This document shows, piece after piece, positions 47,147-57,796 of a stretch of DNA of 64,000 nt. Location: the IMG/VR virus record IMGVR_UViG_3300042350_003801; one strand, given 5' to 3'. Position numbers and translations under genes: made by a program. The notes under the pieces were generated by a model, which saw only the letters and a program-made list of their open reading frames with translations, had not been told where the DNA came from and made no database searches. Positions within the stretch are counted from its first letter, which is position 1. Every line of letters begins with the position of its first letter. The DNA is from a virus. Taxonomy: Duplodnaviria; Caudoviricetes.

Positions 47147-49906
47147 TTATGTTAATATTGGTTGAATAAGAATTTGAGTTTCTTTTTCAATATTTGTTGT
47201 TATCCTGCTTGCAATATTACTTATCTGTTGTAATCTTTGTTGTTGCGGGGAGGATGCTATGGCCAGAGGTTTAGCCCCAGAAAGATTCATTTGTTCAGAC
47301 GTTTGATTGGAAGAAATTAAAGGGCCAGAATCTCTTCTAAATCGTGCCCTACTGGCAGGAGTTTTAAATCTAACGTGAATGTGATTTGGATGTTTAAAAT
47401 TACCCGGCGCCGAATGCATCGGCATACCTTCAAACCACTGTCCAACTGGGTCGAATATAAGTTCATCAATTCCCAATTGTTTCCGCCTAGAAAACAACGA
47501 TTTATATAGAACCTTTAATCTTTCAATCCCCTCACTTTCTTCCCCACGAAAATCGGTAATATCCAATGAATGTTCAGCGTGGTCTGCACTATTTGAATGT
47601 GATCCAACATAAGAAGACCCTAAAGGATTGAATCCCTTAAATTTAGTGAAGAATCTGTTTTCAGCAACAGTAAATCCCATTTTTAATAAGGACTTACCAA
47701 CTGTTATTGGGTCTGAACCACCAAGATGAAATCCTTTAATCTCTTTTCCAATATTTCCACTTTTGGCTTTTTGTATCGCGGACTGAAGTTTTGTTTTACT
47801 GACAAAGCTCAATCCTCTCCATTCATTAATAAAATTCTCAACAGTTGCTCCAGTTGAAAGCCTATATTTTATCAAGGCTATTGCTAGTTTATCTTGATTT
47901 GCTGGTGAAAATTTATCGGTTGTTCTTACGCCAGTATCTCCATAGCTCCCAGACATAAGCCCGCGCATTGTCTTTCCTATAATTTGATATCTTCCCGCAG
48001 CGTGTATTGGTGGATTTTTATTTGCTTGGTGTTGCATTATTTCTGCAATGGTCATATCAGTAAGATTTTTTCGTATTGGACCAGAAGATGACGGGCCACT
48101 ATAACCAACAGTTTGATAGCCATCATCTGCACCACCTTCATTATAAGCATTATAACCTCCAGATGTGGCACTTTCTTTTTGAGCAATAAGATTCAATAAA
48201 TCGGCATAATCTCCATCGAAATAACTTCCATCGCTAGGCATATCCCCAGAATCCCCGGAAGATTTAATTTCGGGTCTGTGCAACTCTAATTCTTTACGAA
48301 TATTCTGAAAAATTTCAGAACTTCTATTGTCCAACATTGCAGTAAATGACCGAACAATTTCCTTTGCAACAACCTGGCCCGGTGATGCTCCAGATTGACT
48401 AATCGTTCTACTAGCGGGAACAATACCACCACCAGCCATTGCAAACATAGATGAGCCGAGCATCTTTGCATTTGTTGCGGTTTGGTCATCAATAGAAGAA
48501 TCAATAACAAATGCAAGATACTTCTCGAGGCCCATTAAAGTTGGTCGTTCAATCTTCTGGCCGAGTGCCAACATCTCAACACCAGAACTAAGAAAATTAC
48601 CAAAAACACCAGCCTTTTTCATAACCCCAGCGTTTTTCTTCAAGAGCCTCAGCGGACTTATTGTATTATCATTATCGCTGTCAGGAAATAACTTCTTGAT
48701 GTTATCTTCACCGCCAACATTTTTACCGGGAAGTGTGCGCTGACGTAACTGTTTAGGTGGTCTTTTTGGCTTGGCTTTTTTTATTGTTCTAGGAACTCTT
48801 GTATAAGATTTTGAACCAACTCTACCACCAGTTGCGTGTTTTTGGGGTTTACCAAATTCAGACAGTGTATCATAAAGAGCACCGCCAACAATGTCACCAA
48901 TAATACCACCTAAAATCGTGCCAACTCCTGGAACTGGAATAAAACTGCCTAATACTGCACCAATAGTTGCACCAATAGCCTTTGCGGCGGCCTTACCCGG
49001 TTTTTCACCCATCATCATAGAAATGGCAAAATTAATCAGGCCACCAACGATTGGAACTCTACCAAATATTCTTCCAAACTTACCAATAAACTTTCCGCCA
49101 GTTTTTGCTGCGGTTTTTTTTGTTCCACCTTTAGTTGTCGCTTCTCCGACATTAATATATCCACGCCTTGCAAGTCTTGCCCTGTCTCCGATATTTGCTT
49201 CTCCAGCAATAAAACGGGCATAAGAATCATTAACCCTACTTAAAGAGCCAGGTTTTAATGTGGGGACTTTACTGCCCTTTGGCCCCTTTGGCATAGGAAT
49301 GCCGCCACTTCCTGCAACAGCAAGACCTAATACAACTGCAAGATTTAAAAAGGTATTAAGATTTTTATCTAAATCTTCAAATGACTTTTCAAACTTATCT
49401 CCAGTAGTTTTCTTTAAAATTCCTTTTATTTTATCGTGAACCTTATATCCAAAATCTACTGCACTAACAATACCACCTAAAACATTGCCAGCAAAGTTCT
49501 CAAAAACTTTATAAAAAGGAGTAATGAACTTTACAATGCCTAGTATTTTTGGAAGATTTTTTAGGGCAAAAGGAACTGCCATTCCCATTGCGGTGTATAA
49601 AATAAAATTGCGGATTGCATCTAGAAATCCAGTTCTAGGAAGTTTCTCTTTAATGAAGTTAATTGGATTAACTTTTCTTTGTTTCTCAATACTAAGTTTT
49701 TTATCTCTTCTCTTTGAGTCTGTGTCTTTTTTTCTTTGGTCCTCTAATTGTTTTCTCTTTCCCTTTATCCCCAATACAACATATGCATCAATTTTACGCA
49801 TATTGTTGTTAATGCCCTTGAGTTCTAGAACAACAGGGTCATTTCTACACTCTGGATTAAGTGTGATACTTTTTGGAATAAAGGAAGAACGAGAAAATGA
49901 TTTCAT
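47147..49906 (-). CDS. Tail-associated protein with lysozyme-like and possible peptidase domains
   Basis: ES..GGYNAYN..AAGRYQII..T; C-terminal H.LDI..H.NHIHV. Confidence 0.6.
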   Translation of the reverse strand: MKSFSRSSFIPKSITLNPECRNDPVVLELKGINNNMRKIDAYVVLGIKGKRKQLEDQRKKDTDSKRRDKKLSIEKQRKVNPINFIKEKLPRTGFLDAIRNFILYTAMGMAVPFALKNLPKILGIVKFITPFYKVFENFAGNVLGGIVSAVDFGYKVHDKIKGILKKTTGDKFEKSFEDLDKNLNTFLNLAVVLGLAVAGSGGIPMPKGPKGSKVPTLKPGSLSRVNDSYARFIAGEANIGDRARLARRGYINVGEATTKGGTKKTAAKTGGKFIGKFGRIFGRVPIVGGLINFAISMMMGEKPGKAAAKAIGATIGAVLGSFIPVPGVGTILGGIIGDIVGGALYDTLSEFGKPQKHATGGRVGSKSYTRVPRTIKKAKPKRPPKQLRQRTLPGKNVGGEDNIKKLFPDSDNDNTISPLRLLKKNAGVMKKAGVFGNFLSSGVEMLALGQKIERPTLMGLEKYLAFVIDSSIDDQTATNAKMLGSSMFAMAGGGIVPASRTISQSGASPGQVVAKEIVRSFTAMLDNRSSEIFQNIRKELELHRPEIKSSGDSGDMPSDGSYFDGDYADLLNLIAQKESATSGGYNAYNEGGADDGYQTVGYSGPSSSGPIRKNLTDMTIAEIMQHQANKNPPIHAAGRYQIIGKTMRGLMSGSYGDTGVRTTDKFSPANQDKLAIALIKYRLSTGATVENFINEWRGLSFVSKTKLQSAIQKAKSGNIGKEIKGFHLGGSDPITVGKSLLKMGFTVAENRFFTKFKGFNPLGSSYVGSHSNSADHAEHSLDITDFRGEESEGIERLKVLYKSLFSRRKQLGIDELIFDPVGQWFEGMPMHSAPGNFKHPNHIHVRFKTPASRARFRRDSGPLISSNQTSEQMNLSGAKPLAIASSPQQQRLQQISNIASRITTNIEKETQILIQPILT

Positions 49907-52056
49907 TAGGACATATTACCTGCTCTAATTCCAAGTGTTGCAAGAGTTCCATTATCTCCATATCTATCTGAATAAGGTGGAATTGCAGAGAAGTCTGGAA
50001 CATCTGTTGATGCACTTTCTCCACCTTTAGGGTCTTGATTTTTGAGGCTAATCGGGGGTAACTCTGTTATGGTTACTTTACCAGCGGTTCTAGGACCGGG
50101 CGCTCTAACTGTCGGTGCCATAGAAGCAAGTTGAAGACTGTTTTTTGGTAAAAACGACTGCTCATTTCCCGGTTGAGAATATAACATTGAAGGAATTGGG
50201 GCAGCAACATTTCCTCGTTCTTTATGGTACTTTGTATTTTCTGCAGGATAATTTGTAAAGAAATTATCCTTTCTCGGAACCTTCTTGCCGTTAACCATAT
50301 CATAACGAATGGCATCATCTCCTTTCATATGCTTGAGTTGAGATGTTCCAAAGAATGAAGGTCTTCCGCCAACGTGTTGTTGGGCATTCATTTGGAGTTG
50401 ACTATTTCTCAATGCTCTTTCGGTTTCGTTCAACATTTGCATCGCTGAACTAATATCGACATTTTTAGCCTTGGCTAGAGCAATAGCAGCGGATTTTCTA
50501 TCATTAATATTTAACCAATCGCTTCTATTTTTAAATGTTGGCTCATATTGACCCTCTCCAGTGATAATATCCTTTATGGTATTCCTTCTGGCAGTTGGCA
50601 TAAAATTTACGCCATATGCCGATGAGCCAGCATATAGGCGATTGTAGATGGATTGGGCAACATCTGCTCTTCCTTGTGGGTCTGAATCTTCAGCAGATGC
50701 AATAGCAAGTAGGGAATTATAATCTGCTTGACTTATTTTAGGTGAATTTTTTGGTGGAGTGAATGAATTTATTGCCTTGGCCGGTCTACCAAACTGTGGC
50801 ATACTTTTCATCATATTTGAGCCAACGGATTTAATACCGCTCATAATACCACCGACAATACCGCCATCTTTAGCGAATTGGATATTGTTTGCAAATTTTG
50901 GTCGGTTGCTGGAACCAGCCTGTAGATTCATTTTTAAAAATGTATCAGCCCCAAACTTATCAACGGCGGCCTTTGACATTACAACCTCTCCAGGTTGTGC
51001 TGCAATTAGTTGCGTGTCTGGTCCTGCTCCAGTAATTGCAATACCACTTGCCTCATCAATATGCCCACCTTCGGCATAACGAATTTCGTTAACGTGCCTT
51101 TCTTCGGGAAGGAAGAAATTGATTCCTCTCACCAAACCGCCGCTAGAATAAGCACCAGTAGGTGCCATCGGAGAAGAAGCGAAAGAAGTTCCACCTTTAT
51201 TTGGAGTTTTGTTGAATTCTTGTTTACTCCCTTCATCTGCCGTATTGAGTAGCTTATAACCAAGAATACCCGCACCCACCAATGCTCCAGCAGCAAGACC
51301 TTTAACTCCTATTGATTTTAAACCGAAAAGAATACCGGGAATACCGATTTTTCGTAGATATGAAATAGTAGAAATAACGGCTCCGATAGATGCACGGATT
51401 GCACCACCAAATTTAGTTCCAAAAAGAACAAATGCACCTAGTAATGCTGGCCACCAATCTTTTAAGAATCTAGTAAGAGACTTGACTTTCTTCTCGTTTG
51501 CTGGATCTGCAAACCATTTTAAAATCTTACTAATGGCCCGACCGGCTAAAGTGAATAGGATGAATTTAAAAATTGCATCCATTGCACCTTTAATCGGAGT
51601 GAATGCCTGTTGAAATGTTCTCGATAGCTTTCTACCAGAAGACTCTAATAGGTTCTCTTTCTCTTTTCGTTCTTGATCTTCTTGGTTTTTTCTTATCTCA
51701 TCTGTCTTTTTTTTATCTAAAAGGCTTTCAGCTTTGAGGGCATTTAAAACCCTAGAAACTGATTCATTAATTATATTGAGCATCCCCAACATATCATCAC
51801 AACAGTTGCAACAGTTGTTAGATTTATTATTTCCTAATAATAGTCCAGTTTTGGTTATTCTTCTTGGTGTTTTACTTCTTCTTGGTGTTCTCTGCCTTTG
51901 AGTGGGTTGAGTTTCTTGTTGGACTTCCGCTTTTTCTTCCTGTTTAATTTGAAATAAAAGTTCTTCAATCCTATCACCCATAGACTCCCCCCCAACAATT
52001 TCAGGTTTAGGAAGAGGCTTTTTATTCGGTTTTTTATTAGAGCGCCTGGGTGCCAT
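49906..52056 (-). CDS. Tail-associated protein with SleB/CwlJ-like hydrolase domain
   Basis: AED...QGRADVAQSIYNR...I....QYEP motif. Confidence 0.6.
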   Translation of the reverse strand: MAPRRSNKKPNKKPLPKPEIVGGESMGDRIEELLFQIKQEEKAEVQQETQPTQRQRTPRRSKTPRRITKTGLLLGNNKSNNCCNCCDDMLGMLNIINESVSRVLNALKAESLLDKKKTDEIRKNQEDQERKEKENLLESSGRKLSRTFQQAFTPIKGAMDAIFKFILFTLAGRAISKILKWFADPANEKKVKSLTRFLKDWWPALLGAFVLFGTKFGGAIRASIGAVISTISYLRKIGIPGILFGLKSIGVKGLAAGALVGAGILGYKLLNTADEGSKQEFNKTPNKGGTSFASSPMAPTGAYSSGGLVRGINFFLPEERHVNEIRYAEGGHIDEASGIAITGAGPDTQLIAAQPGEVVMSKAAVDKFGADTFLKMNLQAGSSNRPKFANNIQFAKDGGIVGGIMSGIKSVGSNMMKSMPQFGRPAKAINSFTPPKNSPKISQADYNSLLAIASAEDSDPQGRADVAQSIYNRLYAGSSAYGVNFMPTARRNTIKDIITGEGQYEPTFKNRSDWLNINDRKSAAIALAKAKNVDISSAMQMLNETERALRNSQLQMNAQQHVGGRPSFFGTSQLKHMKGDDAIRYDMVNGKKVPRKDNFFTNYPAENTKYHKERGNVAAPIPSMLYSQPGNEQSFLPKNSLQLASMAPTVRAPGPRTAGKVTITELPPISLKNQDPKGGESASTDVPDFSAIPPYSDRYGDNGTLATLGIRAGNMS

Positions 52057-52063
52057 TTGTTAC

Positions 52064-52234
52064 TTATTTCTGTTTGGCCTTTTCCTCTTCCTCTTGAAGA
52101 TGGTTTTGTAACAGGGTTGAATAAATCTCACGCTCATATGGAATCATATTTTCAATAAATTCAGGACTCCATTTATGAAACTGCCAGAGGGCAAAAATCA
52201 ATTTATAATAAGTCTCAAGGTTATTATACATCAT
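52064..52234 (-). CDS. gp51: Baseplate hub assembly protein gp51-like
   Basis: 56 aa by manual translation: YYK..FAL.Q.HKWS...IENM.PYEREIY; follows gp26. Confidence 0.8.
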   Translation of the reverse strand: MMYNNLETYYKLIFALWQFHKWSPEFIENMIPYEREIYSTLLQNHLQEEEEKAKQK

Positions 52235-52953
52235 TACGATGCGAAAAAAGATGATAACCCTTCTAGAGTAACAGTGCTTTTAACTTCAGTTTTTGGATTT
52301 GTAATCTCAATTTCGTGAGATAGTTTGGGCATAGTCTCAAAGAACTTCTCAATGCTCTTGAATAGTGAACTATTCATTTGCTCAAGGAAATCCTTCCACT
52401 CTTGTTTAGTACAATCGGAGAAGGCATAAACTTCGTCTTTATCATAAAGTTTATCAATACAATCAACAATTAGGTCAAAAGATTGCTCAGTAGTAATTCC
52501 TTCAAGATCAAAGTTGTTTCTAATAAACTGGTCAAGAGAAGGATACCTGAGTTCAAGAATCATTGAATCGTTGATTTTAATCTTGTTTGAATGTTCAGGA
52601 TTCTTTTTAACCTTAATATCTTCAAGGTCAATTTTGATTTTGACTTCAGTTTCTTCATCGTCTGGACAGAACACCGTTACCTCAACTTCTTCACCAACGG
52701 ACTTTGCGCGAATGTTAAGGAATAGAAACTCAATATCAAAAGTTGGTAGATTTTCTACTTTGATTCCTTTTGTAAGAATGCAATTGGTTAGAATGGTTTT
52801 AATTGCGGTGGTAATCTCTTTATTATCACCAGATTCAAGGGCAAGAAGAAGAAGTTTTTCTTCCTTCACAAGAAATGGTCTAAATTTAATTGCCTTCTCA
52901 GTTGAAGGAAGAATCAGTTCATAAGTGGGAGTAACTAAAAGGGGTAAAGGCAT
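52234..52953 (-). CDS. gp26: Baseplate hub subunit gp26
   Basis: MPLP...PTYEL.LPS....I.FRPFLVKEEKLLL, FDIE.LFL.IR.KSVGE. Confidence 0.9.
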   Translation of the reverse strand: MPLPLLVTPTYELILPSTEKAIKFRPFLVKEEKLLLLALESGDNKEITTAIKTILTNCILTKGIKVENLPTFDIEFLFLNIRAKSVGEEVEVTVFCPDDEETEVKIKIDLEDIKVKKNPEHSNKIKINDSMILELRYPSLDQFIRNNFDLEGITTEQSFDLIVDCIDKLYDKDEVYAFSDCTKQEWKDFLEQMNSSLFKSIEKFFETMPKLSHEIEITNPKTEVKSTVTLEGLSSFFAS

Positions 52954-52976
52954 AACAAATTAATGGTGTTGTTGAG

Positions 52977-53666
52977 TTATTTAGTACCGTTTCCGACGAT
53001 TCTTGAGCGAACATAACGAATATATGTAAAGTTTACTATACATTTGAGAACAGTTGAACCCTCATAAGAAACTGGCAATGAATCAATAGAAATTGGATAT
53101 GCCTTAACAAAGTTATAATCCATTCTTGTTGCATTAAGAGATGGAGTTCCGGCATTTTTACCAGTATTAATAACCTGACCCATATTCCGCTCAAACTTTG
53201 AAATTGCAATCGTGCCCGCATAATCGTTTCTAAAATTCATTCTATAAGAAGCATTATCGGATAAATATTTTTCTTGACTATCTTCATTTACAATATAATT
53301 CATCCAACCTTCTAAAAACTCAATAATACCGTAATCTTGGTCAACATAAAATGTAAATGAAGATTGGTCATCGTATTGCCTACGATAAACCATCTTCTCA
53401 GTTGCACCAGTGAAGTCACCGGTTACTTCATTTGTAAATAGTGAACTTCCAGGGAGAGTGGCTTCGCTGCAGAGTAATGATAAATCATCCAATATTCCTT
53501 GGCTGAAGCCCTCATATCTATTTACATTTCCAACAAAAGACATTACTTTAGGAGGAGGCTGTATTTTTACCGCAAAATGAGACGTTAAAGCGGGTTGGAG
53601 AAGTTTAAGTTTAAGATTATCAATAGTTTTAAAGTTAACGTCTGGTTTAACTATATTAATGGGCAT
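52977..53666 (-). CDS. Tail tube initiator-like protein (gp54/gp19 fold)
   Basis: LC.EA.LPG, F.F.VD, F.E.WM, AYP.SI, V.F.Y; likely ATG at 53666. Confidence 0.7.
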   Translation of the reverse strand: MPINIVKPDVNFKTIDNLKLKLLQPALTSHFAVKIQPPPKVMSFVGNVNRYEGFSQGILDDLSLLCSEATLPGSSLFTNEVTGDFTGATEKMVYRRQYDDQSSFTFYVDQDYGIIEFLEGWMNYIVNEDSQEKYLSDNASYRMNFRNDYAGTIAISKFERNMGQVINTGKNAGTPSLNATRMDYNFVKAYPISIDSLPVSYEGSTVLKCIVNFTYIRYVRSRIVGNGTK

Positions 53667-53697
53667 AAATAACACTAAACGCTATCTATTATTTAGA

Positions 53698-54147
53698 GTG
53701 GCCGAAAAGAACTACGTTCAAAACTTCTTTACACCATCTAATCCTCAAAAATATATTGGGGATTTGGGTAATATAGTCTATAGAAGTAGTTACGAACTCC
53801 GGTCATTTAGATGGTGCGATTCAAATCCTTCTATTTTAGAATGGAGCAGTGAATCTATTATTATAAAGTATTTTGACCCAACAACACAAAAGATAAGAAG
53901 ATATTTTCCAGATTTGTATGTAAAACTCCAACAACAAACTGGAGAGGTTAAACGTTATATTCTTGAAATCAAACCTAAAAGACAAACAATTCCACCAAAT
54001 CCATCACCAAAAAAGAAGACCAGAACATATCTTACTGAAGTTAAAACATATGCAAAGAATAAAGCAAAATGGAACGCGGCGGAAAACTTCTGCAAAGATA
54101 ATGGCATCATTTTTAAACTTGTTACTGAGGATGAACTAGGCATATGA
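53698..54147 (+). CDS. gp4: Head completion protein gp4
   Basis: Y.G....I.YRSS.E, WSSE, RRYFPD, EIKP; GTG at 53698 preferred because the late promoter lies at 53664-53671. Confidence 0.9.
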   Translation: MAEKNYVQNFFTPSNPQKYIGDLGNIVYRSSYELRSFRWCDSNPSILEWSSESIIIKYFDPTTQKIRRYFPDLYVKLQQQTGEVKRYILEIKPKRQTIPPNPSPKKKTRTYLTEVKTYAKNKAKWNAAENFCKDNGIIFKLVTEDELGI

Positions 54148-54749
54148 AATTTCCAATTCAACTTAATTCTATTGCAAAAGCCGCTCTTGGCACAATGCAA
54201 AGTCTTAAGGGATTCTTCTCAAGACTTGGAAAAGCAAGTGAAACTAGATTACAGCGAATTTCTGACCAACTTAAAACCTTGGTTGCAAAAGATGAAGCTG
54301 CCGGTATTTATCATCCTTCTCTTTCAATTTTTGAAGTTGACAGACTTAAGAGAGAAAGTGAGGAATTTTATGCAGTCAAAAACTTTGTTGAGAAACTTCC
54401 TCCAGGTTTATCTCCTCCACAATACTTTAATCTTGTTCTGGAACTTTTGAGAAAGTTAGGTAGAGCCGAAGAGGCAATGGATATGCACGGCATTTATACT
54501 TTTAAGTATGTTGCAGTGACTAAAGGAAAGTATTATGATGTGTTTCCTGTTATTATGTTAAACTCAGTAAGTTCAACTTATTATCGTGGATTTAACTTTC
54601 ACTGGGAACGTGCTCCGCAATATGTTGAGAGCGTTATCCGCACTTATAATTTTTCAAGAATACAAAGTAGGTTTTATAGAATTAAACCACACGAATTGGA
54701 ATATTTTCTACAAATTCCCACATTTATGCCGATTTATATACCGGAATAA
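54144..54749 (+). CDS. DNA end protector gp2-like
   Basis: Y.F.Y...T...YYD.FP, GFNFHW; adjacent to gp4. Confidence 0.65.
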   Translation: MKFPIQLNSIAKAALGTMQSLKGFFSRLGKASETRLQRISDQLKTLVAKDEAAGIYHPSLSIFEVDRLKRESEEFYAVKNFVEKLPPGLSPPQYFNLVLELLRKLGRAEEAMDMHGIYTFKYVAVTKGKYYDVFPVIMLNSVSSTYYRGFNFHWERAPQYVESVIRTYNFSRIQSRFYRIKPHELEYFLQIPTFMPIYIPE

Positions 54750-54775
54750 ATAAGGTATACAAATAGCGTTAAATA

Positions 54776-56134
54776 ATGGCCTGTAAAATTATAACTCTTA
54801 CACCTTTTACAAGAAAAATTGAGAGTCCTAACCCAAATTTCGTAAGAGGCGGGCTTGCGGATAAAATTCTTGGGCCAATAAAAGAAGATAAAATTTATAC
54901 AACAGTTATTAATGAGTGTAATGGGAATACTACAGTTTTTGAAATTAATAAAGATAAATCTAAAACTCCAATACTAACAATATCGGGGACAAAAGAAGTC
55001 CAATTTGTTAACAAAGAAACTGATAATATTACCAAAAAAAGTTTAATAGCAAACGTTCAACCTGAGGCATTAAAACAAAGACTTGAGCATATTAAGTCTC
55101 TTCCACCAGATGACATAATAAAAAATGGTCTAACAGATATTGTAGAAACTCCAGAAGATGCACCTCCAGATGCCAAAGCAGAAGGAACAGCAGCAAATAG
55201 AGAAGATTTAGATGTTCTTCAAAATGCGGGAGTTGATAATGCAAATAAAGATATATCACCATTACCAACAAATCTTTATTATCCCGAAAAATATAAACAA
55301 TATAAGCAAGATTATATCAAATTTCAAATTTTAGAATATAAACCTCGTATTTTTACTAAAAATAATTTGGCAAGAAACGAACGATACAAAAATGAAAAAG
55401 GTGAATCAAAGAAAGATAAATTTATAAAATCTACAATAATTTTACCGATTCAAGGTGGAATAACCGATAGCAATACTGTAAATTGGAATGGAGATCCAAT
55501 GAATGCGATTGAACAGGCAGCAGCATTCGCGTCGTTGCAATCTCAGACAAGTATGGATTTAAAAGCAGATTCAAGCACAATGATAGACGCTTTGGGTAAT
55601 TTGGCAAAGGGCGAATCTTCTAATAAAGCAATTAAAAGTTACATCCAATCATACCTTTCTAGAATGGCCGCAAATTCTAGTTCTAATTTCTTTAGCAGAG
55701 GTTTTGGTGCAATTCTGAATCCTAACCTTGAATTACTCTTTCAAACACCAGAACTCCGCTCATTTGGTCTTAGATTTGATTTAACCCCAAGAGATAAGGA
55801 AGAAGCAAAACAGGTTAAACAAATCATAAGAGTGTTCAAACAAACTATGGCACCAAGAAAAGGGGTTGCTGAAATATTTTTAAAAACTCCAATGATTTTT
55901 GATATTACTTACATAAATGGAAAACTTGAAAAAGAACATACCTCAATTAATAAAATCAAGACTTGCGCCCTCAAAATGTTTAATGTTAACTATACTCCAA
56001 ATAATCAGTATATGACATATGATGATGCTGAGGCAACAATGACTGGCTACTCATTGGAAATGCAATTTCAAGAACTTGAACCAGTATTTTACGATGATTA
56101 CATTGGTATGCCATATCAGGAAATCGGGTATTAA
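54776..56134 (+). CDS. gp48: Baseplate tail-tube cap gp48
   Basis: NPNLELLF..P.LRSF...F.L.P....EA..V..II..FK motif. Confidence 0.85.
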   Translation: MACKIITLTPFTRKIESPNPNFVRGGLADKILGPIKEDKIYTTVINECNGNTTVFEINKDKSKTPILTISGTKEVQFVNKETDNITKKSLIANVQPEALKQRLEHIKSLPPDDIIKNGLTDIVETPEDAPPDAKAEGTAANREDLDVLQNAGVDNANKDISPLPTNLYYPEKYKQYKQDYIKFQILEYKPRIFTKNNLARNERYKNEKGESKKDKFIKSTIILPIQGGITDSNTVNWNGDPMNAIEQAAAFASLQSQTSMDLKADSSTMIDALGNLAKGESSNKAIKSYIQSYLSRMAANSSSNFFSRGFGAILNPNLELLFQTPELRSFGLRFDLTPRDKEEAKQVKQIIRVFKQTMAPRKGVAEIFLKTPMIFDITYINGKLEKEHTSINKIKTCALKMFNVNYTPNNQYMTYDDAEATMTGYSLEMQFQELEPVFYDDYIGMPYQEIGY

Positions 56135-56137
56135 ACA

Positions 56138-57148
56138 ATGTCTTTCTACTTTCGCTCAGTTCCAAATTTTGAATATGTTAATCCTTTAAGCGATGCATCC
56201 ATTTCCGATTATGTTCAAATTAAGAACCTATTTAAAAAAAGTAAACTTCGGGAGGACATCTTTGGCAGTCTAGTCTACTTCACAAAGTATAATGTCGTTG
56301 GCAACGAAAGACCAGATCAGATTGCCGAGAAATTCTACGATGACCCAACTCTCGATTGGGTAATTCTTTTGTCAAATAACATCCTAGACATAAGAAGTGA
56401 ATGGCCATTGGATAATACCTCATTTGATAAGATGTTACTTGATAAGTATGGCTCTTATGAGAACCTACACGGTGGCATTCATCATTATGAAACAGTAGAA
56501 ATCAAAAACACACTGGGTATTACCTTACTTCCAGCCGGTATAAGACTGAATAAACAGTGGAGAACCAATGGAAACTTTATTGAAGTAAATGTCCAGAAAA
56601 TCAGTCAAATCTTCTGCGGCAATGGTGTAGTTCCTTCATCTACTGCAACGGTTACACTATTAACAGGCGTTCAAGGATTGAAAGTTGGAGATGAAGTAAT
56701 CGTTGCCAATATCTCAGAAAACTTGTTTAATGGAACATTCAAAGTTACAAGTGTTACCATTCCATTTAACGATAACATTACTCGTTCTTTCACTTACCAA
56801 TTGGCAACAACTCCAGGTGTTGCAATTCCAATAATGAGCACAAGTCAACAGGAAGAAATTTCTATTGTTGTTTATGACGGTTCTATTAGTGGAAATACTT
56901 ACTACTTTGAGTATTATGACCAAGGTTTATTAAATCGTCGGTCTTCTACTAGTGTTCTAACTGAAGTTACCAATTATGATTACGAACTGAATCTCAATAA
57001 CAAGAAGAGAGAGATTTATATTCTAAAACCAAACTATCTTGGAATCATTCTTAATGATGCTGAGGCTGCAAGTAGTTATAAAACTGGCGGGGTTCAGTTT
57101 GTCAATGATACCTTAAAGCGGGGAGATAATATTAGGATTTATTCTTGA
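56138..57148 (+). CDS. gp53: Baseplate wedge gp53
   Basis: ERPD..A..FY.D..LDWVILL.NNI, WP, HHYET, TNY.YE..LN..KR.I. Confidence 0.9.
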   Translation: MSFYFRSVPNFEYVNPLSDASISDYVQIKNLFKKSKLREDIFGSLVYFTKYNVVGNERPDQIAEKFYDDPTLDWVILLSNNILDIRSEWPLDNTSFDKMLLDKYGSYENLHGGIHHYETVEIKNTLGITLLPAGIRLNKQWRTNGNFIEVNVQKISQIFCGNGVVPSSTATVTLLTGVQGLKVGDEVIVANISENLFNGTFKVTSVTIPFNDNITRSFTYQLATTPGVAIPIMSTSQQEEISIVVYDGSISGNTYYFEYYDQGLLNRRSSTSVLTEVTNYDYELNLNNKKREIYILKPNYLGIILNDAEAASSYKTGGVQFVNDTLKRGDNIRIYS

Positions 57149-57750
57149 AGATAAAACCGGTCATTATTTGTATTTTGATTCCTTATTGGTGGGTATTCCG
57201 CATTTATAAAATCAATATATGGTGACTGGAGTGCCTGCCTCTCAATAAGTAAATCTTGAAATGCTTCGTTTAGGGAATATCTTATTGGAAATTCATTTAA
57301 ATAAAAAGCGCGAGGTGGCGACTCGGTGATCGTTTTCATATTGTCAAAATCAAACATTGGAACAAACAATAAGGCATTACCGTCGTTCAATAACGTGTGC
57401 ATACCGATAAGTTCCCAAGTGGCATACGTGACGACATTCGCGTGATACGCGACAGGGGTGAAATACCTGGCGGCATCCCTGGCGGCATTCCAGGCGGCAA
57501 AATAGGCGGCATTACTGGCAGCCACCTTGTCTGCATGGTCTAAAGCGTAATAGCGGTGGTTAACTTCTTCACATTGTTCTTGCGTAGGATTATCAATAAA
57601 CCACCAGAAGTTAATGACGGTTTCGTAGTTTGGTCCTAGAAAATTCTGTGGATTTGTTAGGGCTTCGGGATTTTGAAGTTCGTTGGAGAAGTTTTGATGG
57701 GCTTTAGAATAATGCATAAACTCCGTTGTCTTTCTATAAGAATACCCCAT
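57139..57750 (-). CDS. Family protein with short AA-X-X repeat (copy D) and C-terminal extension
   Basis: About 98 bp differ by one base from copy B; probable start MHYSKAH at 57717. Confidence 0.85.
   Translation of the reverse strand: MGYSYRKTTEFMHYSKAHQNFSNELQNPEALTNPQNFLGPNYETVINFWWFIDNPTQEQCEEVNHRYYALDHADKVAASNAAYFAAWNAARDAARYFTPVAYHANVVTYATWELIGMHTLLNDGNALLFVPMFDFDNMKTITESPPRAFYLNEFPIRYSLNEAFQDLLIERQALQSPYIDFINAEYPPIRNQNTNNDRFYLQE
57463..57522 (-). repeat. Short GCCGCC array (3 conforming, 2 degenerate units)
   Basis: Read directly. Confidence 0.85.
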
Positions 57751-57796
57751 CTGGAGACCAAATGGGGTAAATCGTGGACAGTTTAAAAACCGTCTA

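Larger units (their letters stand above)
1115..57796. promoter_or_regulatory. Dispersed dyad GTGNCAGTT-N4-AA(C/G)TG(G/T)CAC at early-type promoters (about 17 copies)
   Basis: Copies near 1115, 1652, 4312, 5908, 8549, 9155, 12218, 13504, 19757, 20136, 22755, 24582, 25565, 25769, 25911, 36234, 39849, 41040, 41355 and 57774, several degenerate. Most are followed on the minus strand by a hairpin or GC tract and a TANNNT hexamer. Confidence 0.75.

Noticed and set aside
47147-52056. Multiple muralytic domains in two tail proteins
   Set aside because: Common in tail-associated proteins of large myophages.
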